A stretch of 64,000 nucleotides of DNA from Marsupella aquatica (Eukaryota; Plantae; Marchantiophyta), in assembly GCA_973895155.1 (NCBI GenBank), contig OZ316892.1, positions 19,197,457-19,261,456 on the forward strand, given 5' to 3'. Below, piece by piece: positions 36,565 through 48,771 of this stretch. The position numbers and the translations under genes were made by a program. Every line of letters begins with the position of its first letter. The first letter of the stretch is position 1. Below the pieces are notes generated by a model that ran no database searches, was not told the origin of the DNA, and was given only the letters and a program-made list of their open reading frames with translations.

Positions 36565-37807
36565 ATGGGGATCACGGGCAATCTGCGTGCATTCATTGCC
36601 AGAGATCCCGTAATCTCAGCAGCTCTCATCCTCTCCGTCGTGGGTATGTTACACTTCAAGCTCTGTTCGCGGATCTGAAATGTCATTCTGTGGTTCCAAG
36701 CCTGGCTTCCTTTCTTTATGCCTCTTCTAGTATGGGAACCTTGATAGCCTTGATCCGCGGAGGCTCAATGGGGAACACGAGTAATTGCAATCTTTAATGA
36801 CGTTTCTGTCCTTTTATTCTTAGTTTGTCACAGAACTCTGAATCGCAACTTGATTTCCATGTGTAACACTTTTTTAATTGGGCAAATTGAGTTTACTTCA
36901 TTTTTTTCCCGATTGATTCTGATGCAAATGGGGTCCCTGAGTACGCTAATCTAAAACGCTCGATGTTTCATGGAGAGTTCACGGAGAATTAGAAGTGGCG
37001 TTGTATGATTGGTTTGTACGTAACCCTAAAATTCAATCAATTTCGGATATTGTCTTGGTAGGAAACTTCTTCGAAAATCGTAAAAGTCGGATCGTACTGC
37101 GATCCTTGGCTTAAGATTCATCGAAATTCTAGCCGGTTGAGTGAAATGATGAAGTGTAATTTACTGTTACTTCAGTATTCGTCAGGTCCCTGAATTGGGT
37201 TTGAGGCTCGTCTGTAGGAGATTCTGTGGGACGGCAAGTCGTTTTGGCTAATGCTTCATGTGACCTTCGTGCTCAGGGTTGGCGCTGCCAGTAGTGGTGC
37301 CTCCGGTTAGAGATGCTTTTTCAGGAACAAAGCCTATCCCACCTCCCAAGCTGTCGGAGGTAAGAGAATCTCCTTCTACAAAAGTGGCATCTTGTCATTG
37401 TTCTCCTGCTGGGAGCCAGAGTCGGAGGACAGGAGTTAGGGTCTTTGAATGTAAGTTTGCTAGACGGGCTCTGTGTTAAAGCTCAGGAGAGTTGATCGTC
37501 ACTGTTTGATGCTGGTTGTAGACTCTCATTCTCAAGGCCATTATGTAAATGCGTTGTTCAAACCTCGGCTTACTTTGGGCACTGGCTTGTGTACCCTGAA
37601 CACGTAGGAAAAGAGCGACAGAATAGCGCTGTTAGTGAATAGAATCACCCATGGTCAGTTTCGATTGGGCATGAGCACACGTACAAATTTTCCCTGTAAG
37701 CCCTACGTTGGAATTGTGAAAGGTTGCAAGACTTAAGCTGTTTCTGGCTTGTGGTTTGTATGCAGGTGGTTGAAGGCATGACTGGAAAGAAGCAAGGGAG
37801 CAGTTAA
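36565..37807 (+). CDS. NDUFA3: Mitochondrial complex I subunit B9/NDUFA3-like (plant Fb11-like), 67 aa; exons 36565-36643, 37277-37359, 37766-37807
   Basis: Spliced product MGITGNLRAFIARDPVISAALILSVVG|LALPVVVPPVRDAFSGTKPIPPPKLSE|VVEGMTGKKQGSS*. Canonical GT-AG sites with compatible phases (1, 0). One TM helix with the plant B9 pattern FI-x-x-(D/E)PV...G-L-x-LP-x-VV...VV-x-GMTGKK, recognised from memory. Confidence 0.82.
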
Positions 37808-39379
37808 ATGATGCTTTGGGCGGGTGGATGGTGGTTATCCAAGCTCGAGCAAGATTTCGTGAGAAGTAGTGCCACCAGTCGAAATGAACGTCCAAAAAAT
37901 GGTCGATTAGGGGCAGCAGCTCTTCATGTTGACAGTTGGTCTCTAACTTTAGTCCAGAAGTCATTACGTCAACCATTCTTTGCTCCGAAGGGGCTGCAAG
38001 TTCGTTACCGAGGTTGTTACGAAGAGGAACTTCCTACAACTTAAAAAATTGCCTTCGGGTTCTTCACAGGGTCAAGCCATGCCTACCTTATGTGAGAGGA
38101 AAATGTCAGTGAGAGGCTACAAACATGTTTCATTTGTGTGAGAGATTTGAGGCAGCAGTTTGAGCAAGCAATTATTGTAGGGATATTGCCAATATACAAT
38201 CTTTGAACGAGGAAAATTGCCTGCAAATCAGTCTGCCAGTACGGGAATGAAATGGCACTTGACAAAGTGAAACCAGCTTTTATTTGCTGCATGTGTTAGT
38301 TAGGGCTCAGAGCCTTGAGTGCCAGACCGGCCTGCTTTCTCAGGGGTATCAGAGTCTGCTATCTTGCATCTAGATGGAGACCTTAATGTCGGAGAGGCAT
38401 GTAATGCCTATCGCAAAAGGTCAGACTACCTGTCATTATATTCGTTGGATTCTCTGTTCACCAGCGGTTTGAGCGCTAATGGCCCAAGGATGGAAACTAC
38501 AGTAGCTAAATATCTGACACAGACACTATGTAGAAAGACTTCAATTCGGTTAAAGGCACGTACCAAAAGATGTTGAGGCACACCCCAAGGAATGTACAAG
38601 TTTTCCAAGCAATGCCATGAGATTTGAATTCCTATTCTGTTAAATTTGACATTTTCGAATGGAAATTTTCCATTGGCTGCCCCTGTCTTTTCCCTGTGTT
38701 CACTTTAAGAAGAACGGAAGTAATGGTGGGGGCTGGAATCTCGTTACTGAGGTCTAATGTCTGATTGCCTTATTTAAGAGACGCTAGTTGGATTTATCGT
38801 GGTGTACTTGATGGAGAAAGATCTCGCTAAGAACAGGAAGTACGTTGCTTTCGTTCATAATTCAATCACTACGAACAGGAAGCAAGTTGCTATCGTTCAT
38901 AATTCAATCAAGAAAGATTACCTTCTATGTACCAATCTAATTTCAGCCATGGAAATGCGAATTCTCAACAGAATGTGGTCATCATGGAAAGGCCTGTGTT
39001 TAATTTCCCAACTATTCATCTGCGAAATGCGACTCTTCAGAGGACGGGATCAACACATCGATGCAATTTGGAGAATAAATGCAAAGGTTCAAAATCCATC
39101 GTGCCCCACCTGGGCATTGGGTCAAGGAAGAAACTGAAAATTTCTTTCTCCAAACTTTCGGCAGAAAACACTTGTTTGGGTCCAACACTGACTTCCGAGA
39201 GTCAAAGGAAGAAATTGTAAATTCCTTTCTCCCAATTTTCAGCGAAAACACTTCTTTGGGTCCAACACTAGCTTCCGAGAATCAAAGGAATGAAAATTTC
39301 TGTCTCCAAAATTTTCAGCAAAACACGTCTTTAGGCAGCGAAGTTGTGCTTCGAAGGCTATTTGAATTCTGTAGCGAGA

Positions 39380-40795
39380 TCATTCTGTAGAACTCGGCTT
39401 AAAGCACTGCAAAGCCCTCTTCAAATATAGACGAAGTACTGCTCCTAGGGGAAATTGATATTTTGTAGCACGATAGAAGGAGACAGATGGTATTGAAGCT
39501 GACTTCTGCCCCCCTATATCGGTTGCCAGGGAAATAATTTTTCTTCTCGCGATGCCTGATGGTCCTGTAGATGATGATTTCTGGCCGCCAGTAGCTGGTT
39601 TCAGGGAAGGAATGTCTCTTCTTGCAATGCGGATAGAGCCAGATGGTACCGTAGATGACTTTTGGTCCCGTTTATTGGTGTCAATAACATCTGCAAGAAC
39701 TGAGCCCAGCTGAGAAGAATCAGGTGGTGATACATCAAGTGGCTTTTGGATCTCTTTGTTTAAGCCCAGAATTTCTGCGAGCCGTGACCCAGGGGTCAAA
39801 GATCGTAGTGACCCGGGTAGAGAAGGCTTCGCAGAAGAGGGAGAGGCATCAGGTGACAATACATTAGGTGGCTTTTGGGCTTTGTTTAAGCCCAACATTT
39901 CTGCGAGCCGTGACCCAGGGTTCGAAGCACGTGGTGACCCCGGTAGAGAAGATTTCGCAGATGAGGGGAAAGAATCAGTTGAATATCCGTCCAGAAGGAT
40001 GAAAGGGGATGATTCTGCTGCTAGTCTATCCTCTGTTGTGCATATGTTCAGATTTGATAAAATCAAGAAAATATGCACACCGACTAGTGTGCAGGGAGGT
40101 TCACGAAGGGAAGACGTGACTCTGTCCAATTCCTTCATCAGTGAGAACAGCAACAGCCCTGCCCAATCCACAGGTTCAATGGTTGCATGTATTACCACGT
40201 CCACTAGGACAGCAGAGATAAGGTGGCCGGGTGGCTTGAAACATATCAACCTGTTGAGAGCCTCCAGTTTCTCAAAATATGTGGGGTCCTTACAATCTCG
40301 AATATAGTAACCATTGCGTCTGGCTGTCACTGGATCAAACAGGGAAGAAACAGCCTCTTTCCCAACTTGCCTCTTCTTGTGTTTGTAACCAGAGGGTGAC
40401 AGATGAAAAGTGGAAGCAATGAGCTTCTTAGTGAGGGTGATCTTTTTTCTCCTCACACTTGAGCTCAAGCTCATTCGAGATGATTTCTTTTTCATATAGT
40501 TATTAAGAAACTCCGTAGCAAGTTCCACGTGGACCTGAGTCCAAGACAATCCCATGAACTCGGTCAATCCGATCAAGGCCATGAACTGGGCATGGCCCGA
40601 TTCTTGCAACTCTTGAAACAGGGGAGCCTCATATGTTCGGAAACTAACAGCTTTCAGGTTGAGCTCTTTGTTTGATTTTGGCTTACGCTTGTCCCCCTTT
40701 TTCCGTCCGGTGCTCTCCGATTCCGTGCAGGCCTTAGAAGCGACGAGGGAAGAATCAGAGTGAACGTCTTGACTCGACAGCTTTGAGCGTGGCAT
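39380..40795 (-). CDS. Uncharacterised 471-aa protein with an At3g58110-like / plant-transposon-associated helical domain and a repetitive Ser/Pro tail
   Basis: Intact single-exon ORF. GLTEFM...ELATEFLNNY...SSVRRKKITLTKKLIASTFHL...VDWAGLLLFSLMKEL...HIFLIL resembles that family from memory. Internal duplication PSSAK.SLPGS.R...PGSRLAE.LGLNK occurs twice. Confidence 0.65.
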   Translation of the reverse strand: MPRSKLSSQDVHSDSSLVASKACTESESTGRKKGDKRKPKSNKELNLKAVSFRTYEAPLFQELQESGHAQFMALIGLTEFMGLSWTQVHVELATEFLNNYMKKKSSRMSLSSSVRRKKITLTKKLIASTFHLSPSGYKHKKRQVGKEAVSSLFDPVTARRNGYYIRDCKDPTYFEKLEALNRLICFKPPGHLISAVLVDVVIHATIEPVDWAGLLLFSLMKELDRVTSSLREPPCTLVGVHIFLILSNLNICTTEDRLAAESSPFILLDGYSTDSFPSSAKSSLPGSPRASNPGSRLAEMLGLNKAQKPPNVLSPDASPSSAKPSLPGSLRSLTPGSRLAEILGLNKEIQKPLDVSPPDSSQLGSVLADVIDTNKRDQKSSTVPSGSIRIARRDIPSLKPATGGQKSSSTGPSGIARRKIISLATDIGGQKSASIPSVSFYRATKYQFPLGAVLRLYLKRALQCFKPSSTE

Positions 40796-42105
40796 TCTCT
40801 CCAGAACTAAAGATTGTATTGCTCAGTGTGTTGTGTGGAAACTGACGTTCCCGTGAAAGCTTTTTCTTCAAACAATAACAGGAATGTCTCTCCAAAACGT
40901 TGTAATGGCTCGTGAGAAGTAATTGTGCTCCTACTTACCATTCACATACGCGACCTCTATGTTGTGTGATCACTTGTCGGAATGGTTGGGACGATCTACA
41001 GAACTTCAATGACAATTCTCTAGAGCTGCAATTAGTAGCTGCGGAACATCTCAAAATAATTCCCCATATTCATGTGATTACTTGTCCAGACTTCAATGAC
41101 AACGTCTACTGCTGAAAAATTACTAGCGGCGCAATATCTCACAAAGAGTCCCGAATCTCTTCACCATGCTTGACTTCAATCCAATGCGATTCTTCGTGCT
41201 TACCAAACTGGCTTTTTGCAGCCATTGATAACATTTGAAGCCTGCAGTACTTGTAGTTACGAGGAGCTGGTGTAATAACAGAATTCTCTGTTGTTGAGAA
41301 TGTGTATCAACGCTGGAGATATCTCAGCTCATTTACATGTACGGCTGTAGTGTCTTCACTTCGTAAAGTCTCGGGAAACTGAATTATTTCCCGGAAACTC
41401 CTTTTTTCAATGTAATCTCTGTTAAGGAAGAGATAAGTAGCGAACAGGCATCTGTGTACTCAGAAAGCAAATGTGTTTGATCAAGTTCGACCTACTTGCA
41501 ATTTAGACACGACGAATGGCAAGGTCTGAGCACCTGCTTCCTCTCGCATATATCTTCCACTGCAGGATAATTTTTCGACTCAATCCAGATTCAATCTGGA
41601 TGGTCGTTCGTGCCTTTGCGATGCTTCGAGCGCAGACCCGTTCAGAATCTTATGCTCCTAGTCAGATGGGGCTCCAGCAACGAATCCATACTCTCCAAGC
41701 TTCTGTCGACTGTTCAGATTCGTCCTTGGCTTCCAAGTCTGCCCATATGTACGTGCCCGCGTCCGCTAACGCACTCTAGTATTGAATCTTGTAATGGATG
41801 CATGCAAGTGCTCAATTTCTACTGTCTTTAGGACGTTATCCAGAACCTGTGCCGTATAAAACTTTGTACACACTCTCAACAACAAAAGCAGCAGCGAACG
41901 GGAAAACATGCGTTTGTAAATGCGTTATCTGATACCGAGGGATAAAGTATAGTGTTCACAATACTTCTAACAATCCAGATGGTCCTTCACGAAATCCTGT
42001 AAAATCGTTTTCTATTCTTGACTACCCGAACTCCTTCGCAACGAAGCCGCTGTTATGAAGAATGAACTCGGAGGTTTTTCTAGTAGTTGGGACATTCTTT
42101 CGAAG

Positions 42106-42718
42106 TCATGAGCGCTTGGTCGCTTCTTCTCTCCATTTCTCGAGAGCCCTGGCAGCTACCAGCCGTGCATCGGCAAGTTCACTCTCAGAAAACTTGTGCT
42201 CCACGATTCCCAAAGGCCCCGGATGCAAAACTTCGATGACCTTTTCTATTTCGCGCTCCCGTTTTCTACAGAAGAACAGAAACACATGACGACGACATCA
42301 AACAGAGGGACTGTCCAATAAGAACAACGAATGCACAAGAAAGGACACCCGATAATTTGGAGTCAAGCAATGGGCCGAACCTGCACGTACTATCTGCCTA
42401 GAAGAGGGAACTACAAGTCCAAACATATATGCCGAGGAGTCGATGCAATCCACTTGAAAAGGTACAACAAAACTGAGTACTCCAAACGTCGTCTTTCAAT
42501 TTAATCACATTGACACTATGTTCTCCACCGGCCATCAAAACGATACCCTAATTCTGCCACTTTGAATTCATAGAGCGCCATCGAATTTTGTAATGCTTGG
42601 CATGCAAAAGCTATGTGTCCCAGATGAGCAGGCAGGGGCTGCAGCCAAGCGAAACTAGGGGCATTACCAGCTGCAGGAGCGGATTAATGACAGGATTTCG
42701 TGGTATCACGGAAACCCC
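42106..42718 (-). CDS. Small conserved-looking plant protein (LHPGPLGIVEHKFS motif); exons ~42718-42668, 42397-42381, 42265-42106; start unresolved
   Basis: GT-AG joins give ...VIPRNPVINPLLQL|ADSTCR|KREREIEKVIEVLHPGPLGIVEHKFSESELADARLVAARALEKWREATKRS*. Phases are compatible only if the 17-nt micro-exon is used. Confidence 0.65.
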
Positions 42719-43667
42719 TCATTAATTTACGGTTCTCAGGGGCAATTACGATGGGCAATGTCAAGGGCCTCTCTCTCTTGCCAACGTACCCGACTTCCAG
42801 AAATTGAAAACGACATTCTCATCACGTCGAGACCCGACACGGTATGGATTGAACACGCGAAACGTACCGGAGGGAAGAGAGGGAAAATCGCAGTAACTCA
42901 TTCACAACTCCAATCGTCTTCATGGATTGCTCCTCGCACGTCCTCAGCCCGCGCCCAGATGGGTCAGATTGGTGAACTGCAACGGATGGATGATTGAAAG
43001 ATGGATTGAGAGGGGCGTCGACCAACAAACTGGTTGCGCTCTAGATCCGATCACCAACATTCAGCAAGCATAAACCAGGATCTGCTTCTCGAATTGTCAA
43101 AAATGTGTTCCGAATGTGCAACTTACTTGTGCATCTGTCATCGATTTTGTTGCGTCTTGAAGGGATTCTTTGCTACCAGAATGATGAGCCTGCGGCTGTG
43201 AGAGACTCCACCGATGCACGAGAGACGGCAGGGATCCCCACGAGCTTTGCAGCTTCTCATCAGGTGGGCCTCGTTCACTGTACTCTTTCTTCTGAAGACA
43301 TTTGTTGAACGACAGAAAGGCTTCATTTACAGTACTCTCTCATATCACGATGTTATTGGACGAAAGAAACCCCAATGTTGCGCATTTTCATTCACACCTT
43401 CGAACGGTGGTCTTTTACAAAACATTTGCAGTTTTGTTTACAATCTTTGAATGGCAGTGACACTAATAGAAAGATGTTCCAATGGTTAATGTTCTAATTA
43501 TTTTTATTGTATTTTCAATTCACGATTGTCACATATATGAAAATAGTGGAACATTTTTAGAAATACAATAAACCAGTGGTAGTATTGTCAATGAGAACAT
43601 ATTTAGTGGCAAAATAGTTAATTAAAATTTGTTTTATTTTTAAATCCTAAAAGTAAAGTGGTCAAAG

Positions 43668-44070
43668 TTTACAAAAAAGGGCCCAAACAAAAGATAATGA
43701 GGGACAGCAAAAGAGGTTCCAAGCAGACAAACACTGAACTATGAAAGGAAAGCAGCAGAGGGTCAAGACAGACAAACACTGAAGAAGAGGCAAATAGCCA
43801 ACCCCCAGGATCTAGAAAGAGGAAAAAAGAAAACAAGGGGGGCAAGGGCTAACACTCCAATAGTGTGAGGAGCTAATGGTACACATATAATGCAACAGTG
43901 TCTTAAGTTGATGGTCCACATGTTTATGGTTCATGTTTAGTGTCATGGCTAAATCTACAAGTGGGACATGAATGTACTCTAAGGGAGCAAGCTGCAGGGG
44001 CTCACACTAGTATCTACAGCTAGAGGTTTACAATAGATCACTCTAGGTTAAGCACATTGTAATGTCACTG
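43668..44070 (-). mobile_element. Degenerate 3' fragment of a CRE-type LINE (relative of 59890-60760)
   Basis: Minus translation SVTLQCA*PRVIYCKPLAVDTSVSPLQLAPLEYIHVPLVDLAMTLNMNH aligns to SVTLQRAQARAIYRRSLTVGASVPPQRLAPLEDVSIPLADLVLTLDVDH at 60150-60300. A similar pyrimidine-rich 3' UTR follows. Confidence 0.75.
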
Positions 44071-44159
44071 GAAAGCGCGGGGAAAATGCATGGTCAAAAC
44101 AGATAATTGTGGTCCTATTGAACCCACTCTTCTTCCATTTTGGTATTTTCTTCTTTTTC

Positions 44160-44395
44160 AAATCACAAGTTTGCATATAAAGTATGTCAGATAACTCATA
44201 GTATTCACTCCATATACAGTATAATTGTGTATATGAAATAGTATATCATATTTTGGGAATGTCCAAGTGTTGTCTCAGTATTTGCTATAAAATCACAAGT
44301 TTGCATATAAAGTATTTCAGGTAACCCTAAGTATACATTCCATATATGGTGTAATTGTGGACATACATAGTATACCATATTTTGGGGAATGTCCA
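44160..44395. repeat. ~130-bp tandem duplication
   Basis: AAATCACAAGTTTGCATATAAAGTAT.TCAG.TAAC... at about 44160 and 44290, each ending ...TTTTGGG(G)AATGTCCA. Confidence 0.85.
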
Positions 44396-46074
44396 GATAG
44401 TAAGACGAATGCCAAACTCAAAAGGAAAGGCAAATGCAACCCCAAATTACCTAGAAAACACTTTTGTTACTTAATCGTTTTGAAGAAAATGATACTCTCA
44501 CAGCTACTAAGGTTGTGTAAGGTTGTGTAGGTTGTACAAAGAACCAACCAAATTGGAATTACTGAGATACCACAAGGTATATATGTACAGAAGCAAAACA
44601 ATTCAGCAAAGGTTCTTTTAAATATTAAGGCCGGGTTGCAAAAACCTATCTGGGCATGTTGGACAAAGTTGGATGCCATATAGGTTTCTTCTCAGAACCC
44701 TGTCTTTGCTTCTGGAAGCTGATGCCCAGATGGGCCATAACATTTAACTTAGGTACTGAAATGGACCACACTTTTTAATGGATATTCATATTACAATATA
44801 TTTCTTCTGAGTAAAATATAAAATTTCATAAAGGGTTATGGAGGTTCACCTGGGTTCTCTGTTAACCACTTGGGCTTATGTTTCTTACTTACACGTGTGT
44901 TACTTATCTACTCTTTTGTTCCATAAGGGAAACCTGAAAACTTTATCTACTTTTTAGTTACTTGTTCATTGTAGGTATCCCAAATGATCACCCAAATATT
45001 GTGCAAAGAGGTACATATATCATTAAACATCATATGTCAATTTCTTCTCAGAATGAAATCATTAAACATTAAGGTAGATTAATATTTGTGGTCATGATAG
45101 CAACGCCTTACAGATACTGATAATTGCTTAAGTATAAATTCAGGTAGAATCTTTGTTATATTTAATATTAAATTTCAATACATGTGCATGTAAATATTAA
45201 TATAAGAAACGCCTGAGTGAGGGACTGGAGAACCCATCTATGCTACTGACGTACATAAACTACAATCCTGGGAGCCATAAGCTCAGATGGGATCCATCTC
45301 CTCCAAGTTAAAATAGACACCAGCCATAGATTCCATGCAAGCTTAAGGAATCTTATCCATTAGCAAAAGCAATTAAGCTCCCAAATGAGCTTGTAGCTCA
45401 TAAATGGAGCTTCACTTGGTGGGTGGTATGAATCACCATGTCAATTTGTAAATTGTTCTTCTCAATAGTTGACATTTTGATTCAAGGATACTAGCTAAGT
45501 TCTGTAAAACCAATGATGAATCAAGGAACAGAGCCATTTAGTTATGTATTCAGGAAATAATTCAGTCCTACTAATGTATATTATTTAGTGATTATTTATA
45601 CTACTTTGAGAATTTGGCTCGCTTTGCAGAAGATGGGCATGCAGACAGCTTAGCTTGCATTGTATTCATCCCCCACCGGATCCTGCAACAAGCCCACCTG
45701 TTGATTCCATAGGAAAACATGCCTTCAAATTTTGACATGTCATCCAGGTGGGTGGCTTTAGTGATTTGGGGTGAATTTGATATAATTTAGTGCAGATTTA
45801 ACACTCCCCTAACGCAATACAAAACTTGAAGTTACTATCTTTGAGTTGCCTAGATTGGAGTGGGGAACAGTGGATATGTCCTTTTCGAGAACTGCAGAAA
45901 TTATAGGGCTCCTTTAGTGATTAATTTTGGAAGACAATTGTTCCCGTTTAATACCAAGAGATGGCTTGGTATTTTGACAGACAACCATGCACCAAAATGG
46001 TCATCTAACATCTTGGTTTGTCAACAAATTCATGGCCCTGAGTAAGTATTTCATTCACTCAAGTACAACATCTC

Positions 46075-48228
46075 ATGGGAGACAGGAGACAAAGTTCAGT
46101 TGAGGTTGGGGACAAATTCTCGCGCAATAGTCCAGTTGATGAAGAGAACAACTATAATTTGAAGGCTCTAACTCAAGCATGGGACATTATAAGGCAGAAC
46201 AGTGAGCCTAATCCACTGGGCAATGTACTGCGACAATATAGTCAAGTTGAAGGGAGACTTCCTAGTAACCAAAGGACCCAAACTAATGTAAGAAATGATC
46301 TTAGTGCAAATAATGAAATTGATTCATGGGTCAATTTCATGCAAAAGAATCAAATCAATGACTTGAACAGGCTTAAAGCACAGGCTCAGCCCAATAGAGG
46401 GGACATGTTAAGACGAAAGAGTGAACCTAGTGGAAGGAAAAATGCTAGCCCAAAAAGTGGAGCTAATCCATGGATCAATTTGACACAAAATGGCCAAGCT
46501 GATGAGTTCAACAAGCTTAATAAAGGAAAGGCCCAAATCATTGGAGGGGATAATTTAAGACAAAAGAGAGGAACTAGTGTAGGGAACAATGCTAGTCCCA
46601 AATATGAAACTGACTCACTAATCAATCTTATACTAAAGAGCCAAGCTGACAACTTGAACAAGAGTAAAGGGAATGGCCCAACTGCTGCAAGGCAATTTTT
46701 TAGGCAAAAGAGTGAGTCTAATGGAGGTGACAACTTTGGGCAAAATATTGAACAAAATGGAGGGGACACTATAAGGCGAAAGAGTCAAGCTGAAGACTTC
46801 AATAACGATAATGGATATGAGCCAAGAAAAGTAGAACATAATGTTTTCCAAAAGAATGAGCTCAATGGACATGAATTTTTTTGGCAAAAAAGCAATAGTA
46901 ATGGGGATGAGAATTTTAGGCGAAGGAGTGAAACTAATGGAAGAGACAGATTCAAGCAAAATAGGGAAGCTTACGTTGGAGAACATTTTATTGAGCCAAA
47001 GAGTCAAACTTATGGAGGAGGCAGTCTTCACCAAAATAGTGAGAGATATGAAGGGAACAACTTTCCAGCAAATACTGAACCTAACAAAGTGCAGCAAAAC
47101 TTTGATTTTGTTCATCCAGATCGCTTTATGCTTAGCAACCCACTCTTTCATCAAGCTGCACTGCGAGAGAAAACATTTGAGCCAGATGTTGAAAGCTCCA
47201 CATGGGAAGATAATATTGGATCATCACAACAAACCTTTATTCAAACCCTTGGGCAAGTAGTGGCAGAAAGAGCTAGAGCAGCCGCAAAAGTACCAGACGG
47301 ATATGAAGTAAATTACAAGGGTCTCTTTGTGAAAAAGAAGCCAGTTATTTCAACTTTGCCTATAGACAAAGTTGAAGAATTGTGTGAAACTCTTAGCTCT
47401 ACAAGGGTTATTGGAAGATTTCCAAATTGGAACCCTAGTATAAAAGACATCGAACCATGGATCAAGGAAATGAATGAAAACGGCTTACCTGTGACATTCA
47501 ATAGACTTATGGGAAATGGCTACTTCATGATGAATGTCCCTGATAAGAAAACTCAAAGAGCGGTCATTGGATTAGGACCACAATTCATTGGCAATCATCT
47601 TTGTTTGCTACATAAGTGGATACCAAACTTTTCTCCCACATCCCCATCTAAAGCCAAATATGGGATATGGGTTTCTTTGCAATACCTTCCAGAAGAAATG
47701 AGGCCATTCATAGGGGACCTGCTTAAGCCTTTAGGGGAGGTTCTTGAGGTTATCCCCAATGTGGGTGATGGTATTCACTCTCATGCATGCATTGCCACAG
47801 ACTTGGAAAAATTTGATCCAGACATTGCTATTACAGGACCTGGAGGTTTTGTATACAAACAAAGTGTTGACATACATGGGATACCCATAAGATGTTGGAT
47901 TTGCAAGTCTCCATCGCATGGCTCAGAGAATTGTCCGAAAGGGCTTTCAGGCGGATTTCAAGGTGATGACAAAGCTGAGAAGGGTTGCAATTGTGAAACA
48001 AATAGCAGAGAGTCACACGACAACGAGGACTTTACTGGAGTTCACAAAACACGACTCAGTTTCCTGGATCAGAATAGTACCAACTCTATGGGGGATAGCA
48101 TTCATTCTCACACTTGCCTTTCATCAGGTTCAAATAACTATTGCAAGATTAAACAGGTGCCAGGTAATGATCACCCTCATGTAATCATAATCTTACCTCC
48201 CCTTGTCAGTTTCAAACTGGTGTCATGA
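46075..48228 (+). CDS. LINE-1 ORF1-like protein (DUF4283 RRM plus CCHC knuckle) with a long N/G/Q-rich N-terminal extension, 717 aa
   Basis: VIGRFPNWNPS...WI...MGNGYFMM...GPQFIGNHLCLLHKWIPNFSP...IWVSLQYLPEE...LGEVLEV...PIRCWICKSPSHGSENCP (C-X2-C-X4-H-X4-C). No stops. Confidence 0.85.
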   Translation: MGDRRQSSVEVGDKFSRNSPVDEENNYNLKALTQAWDIIRQNSEPNPLGNVLRQYSQVEGRLPSNQRTQTNVRNDLSANNEIDSWVNFMQKNQINDLNRLKAQAQPNRGDMLRRKSEPSGRKNASPKSGANPWINLTQNGQADEFNKLNKGKAQIIGGDNLRQKRGTSVGNNASPKYETDSLINLILKSQADNLNKSKGNGPTAARQFFRQKSESNGGDNFGQNIEQNGGDTIRRKSQAEDFNNDNGYEPRKVEHNVFQKNELNGHEFFWQKSNSNGDENFRRRSETNGRDRFKQNREAYVGEHFIEPKSQTYGGGSLHQNSERYEGNNFPANTEPNKVQQNFDFVHPDRFMLSNPLFHQAALREKTFEPDVESSTWEDNIGSSQQTFIQTLGQVVAERARAAAKVPDGYEVNYKGLFVKKKPVISTLPIDKVEELCETLSSTRVIGRFPNWNPSIKDIEPWIKEMNENGLPVTFNRLMGNGYFMMNVPDKKTQRAVIGLGPQFIGNHLCLLHKWIPNFSPTSPSKAKYGIWVSLQYLPEEMRPFIGDLLKPLGEVLEVIPNVGDGIHSHACIATDLEKFDPDIAITGPGGFVYKQSVDIHGIPIRCWICKSPSHGSENCPKGLSGGFQGDDKAEKGCNCETNSRESHDNEDFTGVHKTRLSFLDQNSTNSMGDSIHSHTCLSSGSNNYCKIKQVPGNDHPHVIIILPPLVSFKLVS

Positions 48229-48483
48229 TGCAAATGAGGGCATTCAGTCTCATACTTGCAATCCATCACGTTTACTATAGGACTAGTTTGCGGGTTAGCA
48301 GCCTCCAGTACATTCAAGTCTTGAATGGAACTCATAATATTATACCCTCTTACCCATTTTAAACAGAATACCCACCATGTAGATGATGGTATTCACAGTC
48401 AACCTGCCCTCCTTCAGTTTGGAGAAGGACAGCAAAGTAAACAAGCTATCTAGAATTTAACCACCACCCTAGAACCCATTAAA

Positions 48484-48624
48484 TTGACACCTACCTATGA
48501 CCTCTACATTGCCAGAACACAAAGCAAGACAAGGTATTTGTGAGCCACAAATCAAGAGCTCAAATGAATGTGTGCCTTGGTTTGTGTTCTGGAAATATAT
48601 ATAGAGGCCACAAATAGGTGTCAA
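48484..48624. repeat. ~140-bp imperfect foldback (MITE-like / hairpin)
   Basis: TTGACACCTA...ACCTCTA...CCAGAACACAAA.CAAG pairs with CTTG.TTTGTGTTCTGG...TAGAGG...TAGGTGTCAA. Confidence 0.8.
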
Positions 48625-48771
48625 CTGATTTGACAGAGTAACACTCTAGTATGCTTCAAAATATTGTTCCCTTTCCCTCCTTCAGAATAACTTCCCAACA
48701 CCAGTGATGGAATTCATTCTCATGCCCACTATGTGCCATGTTAGAGAAAAAATAAAAATAAAAAATATGCC

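Noticed and set aside
21238-37030. Isolated (A)AACCCTAA motifs as interstitial telomere
   Set aside because: Single copies only (about 21238, 24330, 37022); at most telobox elements.
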